Assembly: GCA_963663385.2 (NCBI GenBank)
Contig: CAXXXD010000001.1
Location: forward strand, 384,001-448,000
Length of the DNA: 64,000 nt
DNA from: Oceanispirochaeta sp.
Lineage (GTDB): Bacteria; Spirochaetota; Spirochaetia; DSM-2461
Direction: 5' to 3'
The translations under genes were made by a program, and so were the position numbers. Positions 1 to 10,357 of the stretch are shown here, piece by piece; positions within the stretch are counted from its first letter, which is position 1; the number at the start of each line of letters is the position of its first letter. The notes beneath the pieces were generated by a model, which was not told where the DNA came from, ran no database searches, and saw only the letters and a program-made list of their open reading frames with translations.

Positions 1-516
1 AAACCTGTAAACAGCTAGAATCATTTTCAATAAGGGGACAGGAAATTTCTCAAACACATCAACCTTCTCACTGCTGTCGTTTGATTGTCCTTCCTTTATA
101 TTATTCACGACCTGTGTAAATCTCTCGTTGACAGATTCGAGATTGTCATCCGGTTCAAGAGGGATTATGACATTCACTTCTTCCGCATCTTCACTTAGAC
201 TGACTTTTGTAACGAAAGATGCGGAGATATGATTTCTCTGGTAGTAGCGGCTGTTTATTATAAAACGGTTCATCCTGGGTTTTTCACCGAAAGCCCGACC
301 AACCGCGCAAAGGAAGATCTGAAATACCGATAACCTCCTGGTTCCTTCCTTTCTTGATGTATTGAAATCCCGGATAAAATCCATTGTTTTATCAAGATAG
401 AGATCCTGCTCAAAGAAGATTGTGGATTTGGTTCTTGAACCTGAAACCATAGGCATCAGTTTTGTAAAACCGGGGACTTTCACAGGTCGTCCGTCAGGTC
501 TATTCCTAATTATCAT
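1..516 (-). CDS. 2-oxoacid dehydrogenase E2 catalytic-domain-like (acyltransferase) protein, 3' end outside the window
   Basis: Hand-translated, not in the ORF track: ATG at 516 with GGAG upstream, MIIRNRPDGRPVKVPGFTKLMPMV...GEKPRMNRFIINSRYYQRNHISASFVTK..., open to base 1. Resembles stand-alone E2-like proteins lacking a lipoyl domain. Confidence 0.6.
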   Translation of the reverse strand, partial: MIIRNRPDGRPVKVPGFTKLMPMVSGSRTKSTIFFEQDLYLDKTMDFIRDFNTSRKEGTRRLSVFQIFLCAVGRAFGEKPRMNRFIINSRYYQRNHISASFVTKVSLSEDAEEVNVIIPLEPDDNLESVNERFTQVVNNIKEGQSNDSSEKVDVFEKFPVPLLKMILAVYRF

Positions 517-580
517 ATGTATCTCCATTCGAAAGAGAGTCAGTTCCTCTCCGTTATTTTCGACATTTAATCTCACATCT

Positions 581-1417
581 TCAATGAAAGGAAGTATCCG
601 CTGTCTTTGATCGGTAGTTCTTCCTGTATTTGGCAGGAGTCTGTCCGTACCGATCCTTGAAGCATTTATAAAAATAGGCGGTGCTTCTGAAACCGAAATC
701 ATCCGCAATTTCCAGCAGGGGACGGTCTGTATGACGAAGCAGATGCAGGATTCCTTCAAAGCGGATATCCCTGATCAGTTCAGTCGTCGATTTGTTCAGT
801 TTGCTTTTGACAATCCGGCTGATATACTCCCGGCTGTAACCGCTCAGCCCGGCCAGCCCTTCGACGCCCCGGCCGTACAGGCGCCTGTCGTGAAAAGTCC
901 GGAGCGATTCCCTGAGCCAGTCCGGCAGCCCGTCCATGGAGTTTTCCAGGGGGTCCTTCAGGAATTTCAGCAGCTGAAGAACAAAAAGATCATGATCCAG
1001 TCTGGACTGGCAGTCGACGGTTTCCCGGAGGTTGCCGAGGATCTGAATCTGCCGCTCGGTCAGGCGAAGCGTTCTACTCCGGTTCGTCTGCCAGGGCCAG
1101 AGGTCATCTCCGATGGCGTAGTGCTCACGAATCCGCTCAAGGGTGGATTTTTCCAGAGACAGGTTCACATGAACCATCCTGTCGGACTTAACAGCTTCGC
1201 CGCTATGGCGGTCTCCGGGAATGAGAAACACCATGTCGCCTCTTCCCAGAAGAGCCGCTTCTCCGTTCAGCCGGTGCAGGCAGTATCCCTCTTCTATCCA
1301 GAAAACCTCATAGAACTCATGGGAGTGCTCGCTCCAGCCCTTCCCCCTGTCGTGGGTTCTCTGGAAGAGATCCAGTGTAATGTCCAGGCCATGCCAGCCC
1401 CATTTTATGGCGCCCAT
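581..1417 (-). CDS. AraC family transcriptional regulator (cupin + HTH)
   Basis: HSHEFYEVFWI cupin motif; C-terminal IADDFGFRSTAYFYKCFKDRYGQTPAKYR; divergent from the GH38 gene. Confidence 0.9.
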   Translation of the reverse strand: MGAIKWGWHGLDITLDLFQRTHDRGKGWSEHSHEFYEVFWIEEGYCLHRLNGEAALLGRGDMVFLIPGDRHSGEAVKSDRMVHVNLSLEKSTLERIREHYAIGDDLWPWQTNRSRTLRLTERQIQILGNLRETVDCQSRLDHDLFVLQLLKFLKDPLENSMDGLPDWLRESLRTFHDRRLYGRGVEGLAGLSGYSREYISRIVKSKLNKSTTELIRDIRFEGILHLLRHTDRPLLEIADDFGFRSTAYFYKCFKDRYGQTPAKYRKNYRSKTADTSFH

Positions 1418-1522
1418 AGGCTCAATGTCACATATGAGTAGTATTTATGCAACCTCTGAGGAAGATGATTCGAAAAATCGGTAGTAATGTGAACGTATCA
1501 TCTTATTCAGGAGGCTGTTCCT

Positions 1523-4500
1523 GTGCATGAAATCAGAAAAGAACAGAAGATCAAGAGAATAAAAAGCTTTGAGAAGTCAATATCCCGTAATATCCTCTCA
1601 TGCGGGATTCCCGTTTCGGCAGAATACAGATTATGCGCTGATCCGGTTCCCTTTGAGGATCGTAAAAAGGGTGTCTTCCGGAAAATTGAACAGGGCGAAA
1701 TATGGGGAAAAACCTGGGAGAGCGGCTGGTTCCGGATCACTGCTGCCATTCCGACCGAGTGGGAAGATGGAAATTTTGCCCTCCATCTCGATTTCAACGG
1801 GGAGGCCCTTGTTTTCGACAGCGAAGGGATCCCCCTTTACGGCCTGACGAACGGTTCGGTATTCGACAGGCATTACAGCAAGGATGTCTACCGGCTGCCG
1901 GCGGCATGCCTGCCCGGCGATACCGTCGAAATATGGGTAGAAACGGCGGCGAATCACCTCTTCGGTGTTGACAGGGACGAGGATATGTCCAGTGTCACGG
2001 ACAGACGGGAGGGAAAGCATACGGGGCGGGTCAATCATATGGAGATTGTTCAATTCGACGAAACCCTCTGGCACCTCTGGCTCGATGTTCAGGTGCTTGC
2101 CGATCTCATTGACTACCTGCCGGAAAACAAACCCAGAAGAGAGAAGATCATTCACACCCTATGCCGGATGATGGATCTCTACGGCGACGATCCCGCCCGC
2201 AGCGGCGAGTGCCGGGAACTACTCAAGCCTCTGTGGACCGATGCCAATGCCTCGGATCTGAATGTTACGGGTATCGGCCATGCCCATATCGATACGGGTT
2301 GGCTCTGGCCTGTCAGGGAAACGGTTCGAAAATGCGCCAGGACTTTCGCCAGCCAGGTACATCTTCTGGAGCAATACCCCGAATACGTCTTCGGCGCTTC
2401 CCAGCCTCAGCACTATCAGTTCGTCAAAGACAATTACCCCGGCCTGTACGAAAAGATAAAGACGCTCGTAGCCAGCGGGCGATGGGAAATTCAGGGCGGG
2501 ATGTGGGTCGAGGCGGACTGCAATATCATCAGCGGGGAATCAATGGTCCGTCAGTTTCTTCTGGGGAAAAACTTCTTTAAGGATGAATTCGGAGTCGATG
2601 TCACAAATTTATGGCTTCCCGATGTGTTCGGTTATTCCTCCGCCCTGCCTCAGATTCTCAGGAAATCCGGTGTCGATTTTTTCATGACCCAGAAAATTTC
2701 CTGGAATCAGTTCAATAAATTCCCTTTTCATCTGTTCAACTGGAAGGGTATTGACGGCACGGAAGTGGTAACCCACTTTCTCCCCGAAAACGATTACAAC
2801 GCCAAGGTAAATCCCTCGGCTCTCGGGCGGGCCCAGGATCGCTTCAACGAAAACCATATCTGCGATGAATTTGTTTCGCTCTTCGGCATCGGCAACGGAG
2901 GCGGGGGGCCCAAAGAGGAATTCGTCGAACGGGGACTGCGCCTGCGGAATCTTGAGGGCTCTCCCAAATGGAAATTCGGCAAAGCAGGTGAGGCTTTTGA
3001 TCGAATGAAGGCTCTGTCTCCCCAGCTGGCTACATGGTCCGGCGAACTCTATCTGGAACTTCACAGAGGCACTCTGACCAGCCAGGCTCTTGTAAAAAAA
3101 TACAACAGAATGCTTGAAAACAAACTGAGGGCTGTGGAATACCTCTGGTCCGCTTTGCCTCCGGAAGAATACCCATCGGAAGAGCTGGACAGGATCTGGA
3201 AAAATCTGCTTATGAATCAGTTTCACGACATCATTCCCGGTTCCAGTATCAGGCTGGTATACGAGAGGGCCCACAGAGAGTATGAAACCATGCTCGGCGA
3301 AGCCGATGCCCTTCTGTCCCGTGCCGCCGACGCACTGTTCGAAAAAGAGGAAAACAGCCTTGTAATAGTCAATGTTCTGTCGAGCGAATACGGGCTCCCC
3401 ATACCTCTTCCCGCCTGCTGGAAAGGCTGCACCGTCCGTAATGAGCGGGGAGAGGAGATTCCCGTTCAGCAGGAAGAAGCGTGCTCCTATATCCTGAAGC
3501 CTGTCGAGCCGAACGGCTCGCTCTGCCTTATCAAGGGGGAGGAAATCTCAGTTGCTCCCGGTCTGACAGAAGGGCTTGTACTGGAGAATGATCTGATCCG
3601 GTATGAGCTGGACGAAACGGGCCGGGTGCTGCGCGCCTACGACAAAGACGCGGATTTTGAAATTATGAAAGAACCCGGCAATATACTGTCCCTCTATGTG
3701 GACCGTCCCCTCAAATGGGATGCCTGGGATGTGGACATCGATTATGAAAACATGCCTGTCGGAACAGTTGATCCGGTAAAGGTAACGCCTCTGACCGCAG
3801 GGCCGGTGCGAAAGGGGATTCGGTTTGAAACAAGGATAGGCCAGTCCTCCATTTGCCAGGATGTTTTTCTTGCCTCCAACTCCAAAAGAATCGATTTTAT
3901 AACGACGGTCGACTGGAAGGAAGATCACAGGATGCTCAGAACCGCATTCCCCGTTAATGTCTTCTCCGATGAAGCCAGTTTCGACATCCAGTACGGGTAT
4001 GTCAAACGGCCGACCCACAGGAATACCAGCTGGGACATGGCCAGATTCGAGGTGGCGGCCCACAAATACGCCGATCTTTCGGACAGCGGATACGGAGCGG
4101 CCCTTCTGAACGACTGCAAGTACGGGCACAAGATTCACGGAAATACGCTGGATCTGAATCTGCTTCGTTCTCCCGCCGATCCCGATCCCGAAGCGGACAG
4201 GCACGTTCATACATTTACCTACAGTTTCCTTCCTCACAGGGGGACACTCGTTGATTCATCAGTTATGAGCGAGGCGGCTTCCCTGAACAACCGGGTTCAG
4301 GTATATGACGGCTTCAGGACAGGATCCTTCAGATCTCCCTGCCGGGTCATCGGTTCCGGCGTCTCTCTGGAAGCGGTCAAGAAAGGAGAAAAAGAGGATT
4401 GCCTCATACTCCGTCTTGTCGAAACGGAGGGCCGGAGGAACCGGGTCAAACTGGATTTCGGCGGACGTGAGGTTTTGCTTGCGGAAACCGATCTTATGGA

Positions 4501-4591
4501 GTGGGAGGAAGGAACCGGAGGAAGCGAACCTTTTGCTCTGGAATTCTCGCCTTTTGAGATCAGGACGTTCAAAGTCAGACACAGTCATTAA
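1523..4591 (+). CDS. Alpha-mannosidase, glycoside hydrolase family 38
   Basis: GHAHIDTGWLWP, WLPDVFG, ELYLELHRGT, NQFHDIIPGSSI motifs; 1022 aa; GTG start with CAGGAGG RBS. Confidence 0.95.
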   Translation: MHEIRKEQKIKRIKSFEKSISRNILSCGIPVSAEYRLCADPVPFEDRKKGVFRKIEQGEIWGKTWESGWFRITAAIPTEWEDGNFALHLDFNGEALVFDSEGIPLYGLTNGSVFDRHYSKDVYRLPAACLPGDTVEIWVETAANHLFGVDRDEDMSSVTDRREGKHTGRVNHMEIVQFDETLWHLWLDVQVLADLIDYLPENKPRREKIIHTLCRMMDLYGDDPARSGECRELLKPLWTDANASDLNVTGIGHAHIDTGWLWPVRETVRKCARTFASQVHLLEQYPEYVFGASQPQHYQFVKDNYPGLYEKIKTLVASGRWEIQGGMWVEADCNIISGESMVRQFLLGKNFFKDEFGVDVTNLWLPDVFGYSSALPQILRKSGVDFFMTQKISWNQFNKFPFHLFNWKGIDGTEVVTHFLPENDYNAKVNPSALGRAQDRFNENHICDEFVSLFGIGNGGGGPKEEFVERGLRLRNLEGSPKWKFGKAGEAFDRMKALSPQLATWSGELYLELHRGTLTSQALVKKYNRMLENKLRAVEYLWSALPPEEYPSEELDRIWKNLLMNQFHDIIPGSSIRLVYERAHREYETMLGEADALLSRAADALFEKEENSLVIVNVLSSEYGLPIPLPACWKGCTVRNERGEEIPVQQEEACSYILKPVEPNGSLCLIKGEEISVAPGLTEGLVLENDLIRYELDETGRVLRAYDKDADFEIMKEPGNILSLYVDRPLKWDAWDVDIDYENMPVGTVDPVKVTPLTAGPVRKGIRFETRIGQSSICQDVFLASNSKRIDFITTVDWKEDHRMLRTAFPVNVFSDEASFDIQYGYVKRPTHRNTSWDMARFEVAAHKYADLSDSGYGAALLNDCKYGHKIHGNTLDLNLLRSPADPDPEADRHVHTFTYSFLPHRGTLVDSSVMSEAASLNNRVQVYDGFRTGSFRSPCRVIGSGVSLEAVKKGEKEDCLILRLVETEGRRNRVKLDFGGREVLLAETDLMEWEEGTGGSEPFALEFSPFEIRTFKVRHSH

Positions 4592-4625
4592 GGTTCTGTA
4601 ATTAAAGTCCCCTTAATTGCGAAAA

Positions 4626-4660
4626 AGCCGGGAGTTCATGATTTTACGGAACTCCCGGCT
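4626..4660. terminator. Hairpin between convergent genes, probable intrinsic terminator
   Basis: AGCCGGGAGTTC-N11-GAACTCCCGGCT with an A-tract on the left side. Confidence 0.75.
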
Positions 4661-4666
4661 CCTCTT

Positions 4667-6085
4667 TTATTCTTTTATAAGCTCCCAGCTCTGCCCGGTC
4701 ATACCGCAATACTCTTTCATCGTAACTCCCGATCCAACAGAATCTCCTGTCAATGTTAAAGCTTTCCCGCTTTCCCTTGATATCAGGACATAGGAGCCAT
4801 TCGCCCTGCGGCTGAGTTTCCACATCTGGTTGAGTTTGTCATTGATGCTGTACTGATGAACACGCGCATCCTCAAAATGTCCTTTCTGGTTATACTGATC
4901 TCTCTGCAAGTAGGCATCGTAAGCTGTAAATGGATCGGAGGGATTGTCTACTTCAAGCCTTTTTCCGCTATGGAGCGCCTCGAACCGATAGTACTCTCCG
5001 GTTCGATTAACAATAAATTTCTGTTCCTGGCCTCCGCAAAGAACATCGCCTACAGCAGAAGCTCCATTGCTGGCAGATCCTTCTGATATCGTCAGATAGA
5101 GATTGCAGTCTCTGTTTCTAATAGTTAGTGACGTCCCTTCGGGGAATGTTTCAGCAGGAAAGGGAATCACTCCGGAGCCGTAGCTGTACTCTCTTTCCGA
5201 AACAGTCAGTCCGCCTCTGGTTGAAACAGTTTCACAGGTCATGGAAATTCCTGCGACCTCTGAAAGGGGATTCAGGCTTTTCAGGCTGTAATACGCTCCT
5301 CCGAACCATATTGTACCGGGAAAGGAATACCATTGATCGGAATACCCGATCTGACTGATTTCAACACCATTGTTTTCATAAATCAGTTCCCATTGAAGTT
5401 CTTCCCCGGAAGGGAGGTTTCGTACAAGACCTTTATAGATCGGGTAGGAGTTTATCTTCTCCGATACGGCTATCAGATCGCCGGTATCGCAGAAATCAAT
5501 AAGGAGATGCATGGGTTTTCGTCCGGTATTCAGCCAGCTCCTCTGGGTAAATCGCAGGAGGAAATCGTATTTGTTGTTATTAATCGATTCATCATAGGCT
5601 CCAGTTCCGATAGTATCGTCCTTTGAAAAGCACATCAGGATATTGGTCTGTTTCCGGGACATAAAGGAACTGTCGTAGTTTTCAAGATTCCATGTGTTAT
5701 CAAAATCATCGGGGTTGTTTTCCGAACATTCGCTGAAAGATCTAAGGTCGTTGAAGCCAGTAATAATTAGTCTTTTATTTGCATTCTGCAGATCACCGAT
5801 TGTCGGCATGGAATCTCCGGAGTGATTGTAGAGGTATGAAGCCAAACCGGCTTTTACAAGTTCCTCTTCAACTTCTTCCGATGAGACATTCCAGGCATTC
5901 CCCCCCGGATAGTACTCAAGTTTGAGATTGATAATTTCTTCAGGATTGGTATCCAGGAAGTTTTTAATCGGAAGAAGGATCTCCTGAACAGGCGTCGTTC
6001 CTCCAAGGAGATTTACGCCTCCTGTATTGTGGAGTCCGTGGGCTGTTCGTATTTCCCTCCGGGACGTGCACTTATAAATCCCGCC
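4667..6085 (-). pseudogene. 5'-truncated PI-PLC (PLC-X)-like phosphodiesterase with C-terminal ricin B lectin domain
   Basis: The frame is open from 6085 (after TGA at 6086-6088), but the first start codon is TTG at 5845. The upstream in-frame text RTAHG...IKNFLDTNPEEIINLKLE is PLC-X-like. The C-terminus has ricin-like QKF/QMW/QSW repeats and SGK(R/A)L motifs. Confidence 0.55.
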
Positions 6086-6127
6086 TCACTATCTGTTCTG
6101 CGGAATATCCTCCTTTTGGATTTTGAC

Positions 6128-6718
6128 TCAGCTGAAAATCAAACTCTCAATTACGCCCAGTTCTTCCGCAACCTGCCGGGCCATATTCTGATTCAGCCAG
6201 TGCGGCTGGTGGGCATCCGAACCAATTACATACCTGAAACGATGCAGAAACGGAGTATAAAACCGACGCCAATCGTCCCTCCATACATAGCGGTTGTTGA
6301 TTTCCAGATAAACTCTGTCCGGAAGCTTCTCCGGTTCGGTACCATGAGCCATCGGGTGAGCTACAATGACCGGCTTGCCTGTCTCCAGGAGTATTTCGAT
6401 ACCTTTGTAATCCGCAGCTCTGTCACTGCAGTGGCAGATATAGTATTCAAAATCTATTCCCGCCGCATCGCGGGCATATTCTCCCCGGCAGATCTCGGTA
6501 CCTGTATGGAAGCCATAGGATTTAACACACTCTAAATACCCGTCAGGATCGGATATCTGCTCGAAATGATCACTGATGCCCATCGTCTCGGCATAGCGGA
6601 ATTCTTTAATCAATCCGACTGTTTGTTTCGGATCGATTGACTCATCCTCTTCTGAAAACACCGAGTGTATGTGAAGGTCCTGGGGTATGAGTTTTCTATT
6701 ATATTTTTGATCAGCCAT
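6128..6718 (-). CDS. PHP domain phosphoesterase
   Basis: DLHIHS, ISDH, AHP and GSDAH metal-binding motifs. Confidence 0.85.
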   Translation of the reverse strand: MADQKYNRKLIPQDLHIHSVFSEEDESIDPKQTVGLIKEFRYAETMGISDHFEQISDPDGYLECVKSYGFHTGTEICRGEYARDAAGIDFEYYICHCSDRAADYKGIEILLETGKPVIVAHPMAHGTEPEKLPDRVYLEINNRYVWRDDWRRFYTPFLHRFRYVIGSDAHQPHWLNQNMARQVAEELGVIESLIFS

Positions 6719-7228
6719 AAACGTTCCTGTTGTTTCTGTATGCTATAGCGGTATCAGTCTGAAGTTATGCAACAAATGGCATTTCCAGATTCCCGGGAGT
6801 TGCCGATTCATCATAATTCCTTCTGAATCAAAAGAATAAGAGATGAATACTTGTAAAAGTAGTACCTAGAATTATCCACATAGGCTCAAAAATTAATATG
6901 TTTTTGACCTCGGAACCGATTTTCATCTCCGGGGAGACAGAATATCCGTACACATTAAAACACTCTGACTCTAATTCCTTTCGTCATAGATACTAGCATC
7001 ACGATAGGGATCGGTTTTAACGTATGACAGCTGAGGATTAAATCCCGGGTACATTACGGGTTAAATAGTTCCCCGCAAAAGTGATAATGACGTACGGAAC
7101 ACACTGGCATATTAATTTTTTGGCCAACACGCATAATATCAGGTACTTTTTTTCGGTTATTTCTTCATTTAATCTATAAAGATCAGTATTTAGGAATTGT
7201 TGCGCAATAAGACCTTAAGGAGGAAAAA

Positions 7229-9223
7229 ATGTTAAAGAGAGTAACCTTGTACTTTTGGATGGCTGCCATTCTTGCACTGTTTGCAAGCGGGTGTTCCAGA
7301 GAGACAAAACAGGAAAATAGAGAGAATACAGAAGTATCGGCTTCAGAAAAACAGGGGAGTGCCGGAAATGATGTGATGAAAAACAGCCAGGCTCCGGAGT
7401 TTCAGGAGCTTGTTGATATGGGGAAACTGCCTCCCCTGGAAGAGAGATTGCCGAAACCGGGTAATATTTTCATCGAAGAAGCAGATGAAATCGGCGTCTA
7501 TGGAGGAACCTGGGATTTAGTCTGGAGGGGAATCGATGATAAATGGACTGTAGGAGGTATCGCTGCGGAAGGTCTGTTTCATTTCGGACCCGACGGCAAA
7601 ACCATATACCCCAATGTCGCCAAAGACTATGAAATCAATGATGATTCCACAATATACACCATTTACTTGCGCGAAGGACTGAAGTGGTCAGACGGCGAGC
7701 CTATGACATCGAAGGATATTACTTTTTACTACAATGAAATGCTTTTAAAGGAAACATTCGGTAAATCCCTCTATCAGTGCTACTACTCGGTCAATCCCGA
7801 AACCGGTGTCAAATCCAGAGCGGAAGTAATTGCGCTGGATGACTATACGGTCCAGATCAAGTTCAAAGACCCCGCTCCAATGTTCCTCAAGAGCATGATT
7901 GTGGATAACCGCTGGTTTTTCTGCCCCTCCCATTTTTATGAAAAGATTCTCCCGGACTTTGTGGGAATGGAGGAAGCGGAAAGAATCGCTAAGGAAAAAG
8001 GATTCAGCGATATCAAAGGATTGGGTAAATGGTATGGCTACTATTACTGGGTCTGGAAAGACAGACCGACATTGAGACCCTGGGTGGCCGCTTCCGACCC
8101 TAATGGTGAAGTCTTCACAATGAAAAGGAATCCCTATTACTGGAAAACCGATTCAAATGGGAATCAGTTGCCTTATATAGACGAAATAAAGTTTAAAAGG
8201 GTTTCCAATAAAGATCAGTATGTGATTGAAGCCATTGCCGGGAATATCGATATGCAGGATTTCTCGATGAACGACTTCACCATGCTGAAAGAAAATGCGG
8301 ACAACGCAGCCAATTATACCTTGAAACTCTATCAGGGCACAAGTTGGGCCGGTTCTGCAATCCAGCTCAATCAGGCTGTAAAAGATAAAAAATATAGAGA
8401 AGTATTTGCCGATATACGATTCCGCGAAGCTCTTTCAATCGCTGTTGACCGGAGATATGTAAGCGAAATCGTAACATCGGGCATTGCTGAGGAACTACAG
8501 ATTGCCCCTCCTGTGGGATTCCCGGGATACGATGAGGAATGGAGTAAAAAATGGATTGAGTACGATCCTGAAAAGGCAAACAGGCTTCTAGAGGATATGG
8601 GCATGAAAGTTGGTGCGGACGGATTCAGAACATTCCGGGACGGATCGAAATTCACACTGACCATCGAAACCGATGACAGCACCAGCGACGGAGCGAACTT
8701 CCTTGAACTGCTGAAGAAATTTTATGAGGATGCGGGAATCCGGACAGATATCAAAGTCATGGAACTTTCTCTTATGAACGAGAAAAAATACGGAAACGAT
8801 ATGATGGCGATTGCCGGAACAACCGGGGATTCGGTTATGCGGTCACTGGATATACTGCTGCGCCCTGATTCCCTGATTCCAATCAGACCGATAATGGTAT
8901 GGTCCAGCGCCTTTGGCGACTATGTCTCGACCGGAGGAGAAAGAGGCGTTAAACCGGAAGGCGACATCGCCGCCATTGTCGAGCTTTGGGATAGCATCAA
9001 AGGGTGCAAAACAGAAGCCGAAGCCAGAAAATATGCCGATCAGATTCTGAATTTACATAAGAAAAACATATACATGATCGGCTATACTTCTCAGACCCCT
9101 TTTGTATTCCTTGTGAAAAACACAATCCGGAATTTACCTGAAGAAGCAATTATGTGTGATGAATTCAGAGCCTGGACAACGCTTCGGCTAAGTAAAGTTT
9201 ATTTTGAAAATGGTGAAGGATAG
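7229..9223 (+). CDS. ABC transporter substrate-binding lipoprotein, family 5 (peptide/oligosaccharide)
   Basis: Lipobox LFASGC; GKLPPLEERLP, LREGLKWSDGEP, RNPYYWKTD..GNQLPYID; AAGGAGG RBS. Confidence 0.93.
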   Translation: MLKRVTLYFWMAAILALFASGCSRETKQENRENTEVSASEKQGSAGNDVMKNSQAPEFQELVDMGKLPPLEERLPKPGNIFIEEADEIGVYGGTWDLVWRGIDDKWTVGGIAAEGLFHFGPDGKTIYPNVAKDYEINDDSTIYTIYLREGLKWSDGEPMTSKDITFYYNEMLLKETFGKSLYQCYYSVNPETGVKSRAEVIALDDYTVQIKFKDPAPMFLKSMIVDNRWFFCPSHFYEKILPDFVGMEEAERIAKEKGFSDIKGLGKWYGYYYWVWKDRPTLRPWVAASDPNGEVFTMKRNPYYWKTDSNGNQLPYIDEIKFKRVSNKDQYVIEAIAGNIDMQDFSMNDFTMLKENADNAANYTLKLYQGTSWAGSAIQLNQAVKDKKYREVFADIRFREALSIAVDRRYVSEIVTSGIAEELQIAPPVGFPGYDEEWSKKWIEYDPEKANRLLEDMGMKVGADGFRTFRDGSKFTLTIETDDSTSDGANFLELLKKFYEDAGIRTDIKVMELSLMNEKKYGNDMMAIAGTTGDSVMRSLDILLRPDSLIPIRPIMVWSSAFGDYVSTGGERGVKPEGDIAAIVELWDSIKGCKTEAEARKYADQILNLHKKNIYMIGYTSQTPFVFLVKNTIRNLPEEAIMCDEFRAWTTLRLSKVYFENGEG

Positions 9224-9268
9224 ATAATGGAATGGGGGGGGTTACCCCCATTCTGAATAGGAGAAAAT

Positions 9269-10264
9269 ATGGTTAAATACATATGTAAAAGATTAATTGC
9301 CATGTTTATTACCGTCTTGCTGATTTCGTTTTTTGTTTTTGTTATTATTCAGCTTCCACCCGGAGATTATGTCAGTTCCTACATTTCGAGAATGCAGCTT
9401 GAAGGTGAAGTGGTTGACCATATGGTAATTGAACAGTTGAGAGCTGATTTCGGACTGGATAAACCGCTTATCGCTCAGTATTTTTCCTGGATTACAGATA
9501 TAATCCTTCGCTTTGATTTCGGATATTCATTTGCCTATCAGAGACCTGTGACAGATATTATCGCACAAAGGTTGGGTATGACTTTATTAGTATCCTCCCT
9601 TACGATGATTTTTACATATATGCTATCGATTCCCATAGGTATATACAGTGCCATAAAACAGTATTCCATAGGAGATTATGTTTTTACAACTATCGGATTC
9701 ATCGGGATGGCCACTCCGAATTTCCTTTTTGCCATTATCCTGATGTATCTGTCCTTTATATGGACAGGAGACCCGATGCTTGGCCTGGTTTCTACTGAAA
9801 TGATGGATAACCTGATGTCTTTCAGTACTTTTATAGAATTTTCAAAAAGGATGATAATTCCGGTAATCGTCATCGGCACAGCCAATACATGCGGTCTCAT
9901 TCGTACCATGAGAAGCCAGATGCTGGACGAAATTACAAAACAGTATACATTGACAGCAAGAGCGAAGGGACTGCCTGAAGGTAAAATTTATTTAAAGTAT
10001 TGCGCCCGGGCAGCTATCAATCCCATTGCGGCAAGTCTGGGTTGGTCATTGGCTGCGATCTTCACGGGATCAACCATTTCCGCCATTGTTATGAACCTGC
10101 CGACTCAGGGGCCGGTTATGCTCCAGGCTCTAAAAACTCAGGATATGTATCTGGCAGGGAGTCTGCTATTAATCATGTCAGTCCTGACTGTTACAGGCAC
10201 CCTGATTTCAGATCTGCTTTTAGCCTGGCTGGATCCCATGTTGCGTAAAGAAGGGTGGCGATAG
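9269..10264 (+). CDS. ABC transporter permease (OppB/DppB-like)
   Basis: Transmembrane segments; GLDKP, DFGYS and TARAKGL motifs. Confidence 0.92.
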   Translation: MVKYICKRLIAMFITVLLISFFVFVIIQLPPGDYVSSYISRMQLEGEVVDHMVIEQLRADFGLDKPLIAQYFSWITDIILRFDFGYSFAYQRPVTDIIAQRLGMTLLVSSLTMIFTYMLSIPIGIYSAIKQYSIGDYVFTTIGFIGMATPNFLFAIILMYLSFIWTGDPMLGLVSTEMMDNLMSFSTFIEFSKRMIIPVIVIGTANTCGLIRTMRSQMLDEITKQYTLTARAKGLPEGKIYLKYCARAAINPIAASLGWSLAAIFTGSTISAIVMNLPTQGPVMLQALKTQDMYLAGSLLLIMSVLTVTGTLISDLLLAWLDPMLRKEGWR

Positions 10265-10357
10265 AGCTGTTTGCGTTATATGCAACTGCTACCGGCGGCT
10301 CTGGAAATCATGGGGCATTGATGCTCTGTGCAATTATAGTAATTAAGGACTTTTATT

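Noticed and set aside
731..1441. 236-aa plus-strand ORF
   Set aside because: Antisense shadow of the AraC gene with no motif; the same applies to 2609-3274, 3548-4237, 26938-27696 and similar ORFs.
6872..6880. Perfect DnaA box TTATCCACA
   Set aside because: Isolated single 9-mer far from the clusters; expected by chance.
9226..9255. G8 run after the binding-protein gene as a phase-variation tract
   Set aside because: Intergenic and paired with CCCCCATT in a hairpin, typical of an mRNA stabiliser after ABC binding-protein genes.
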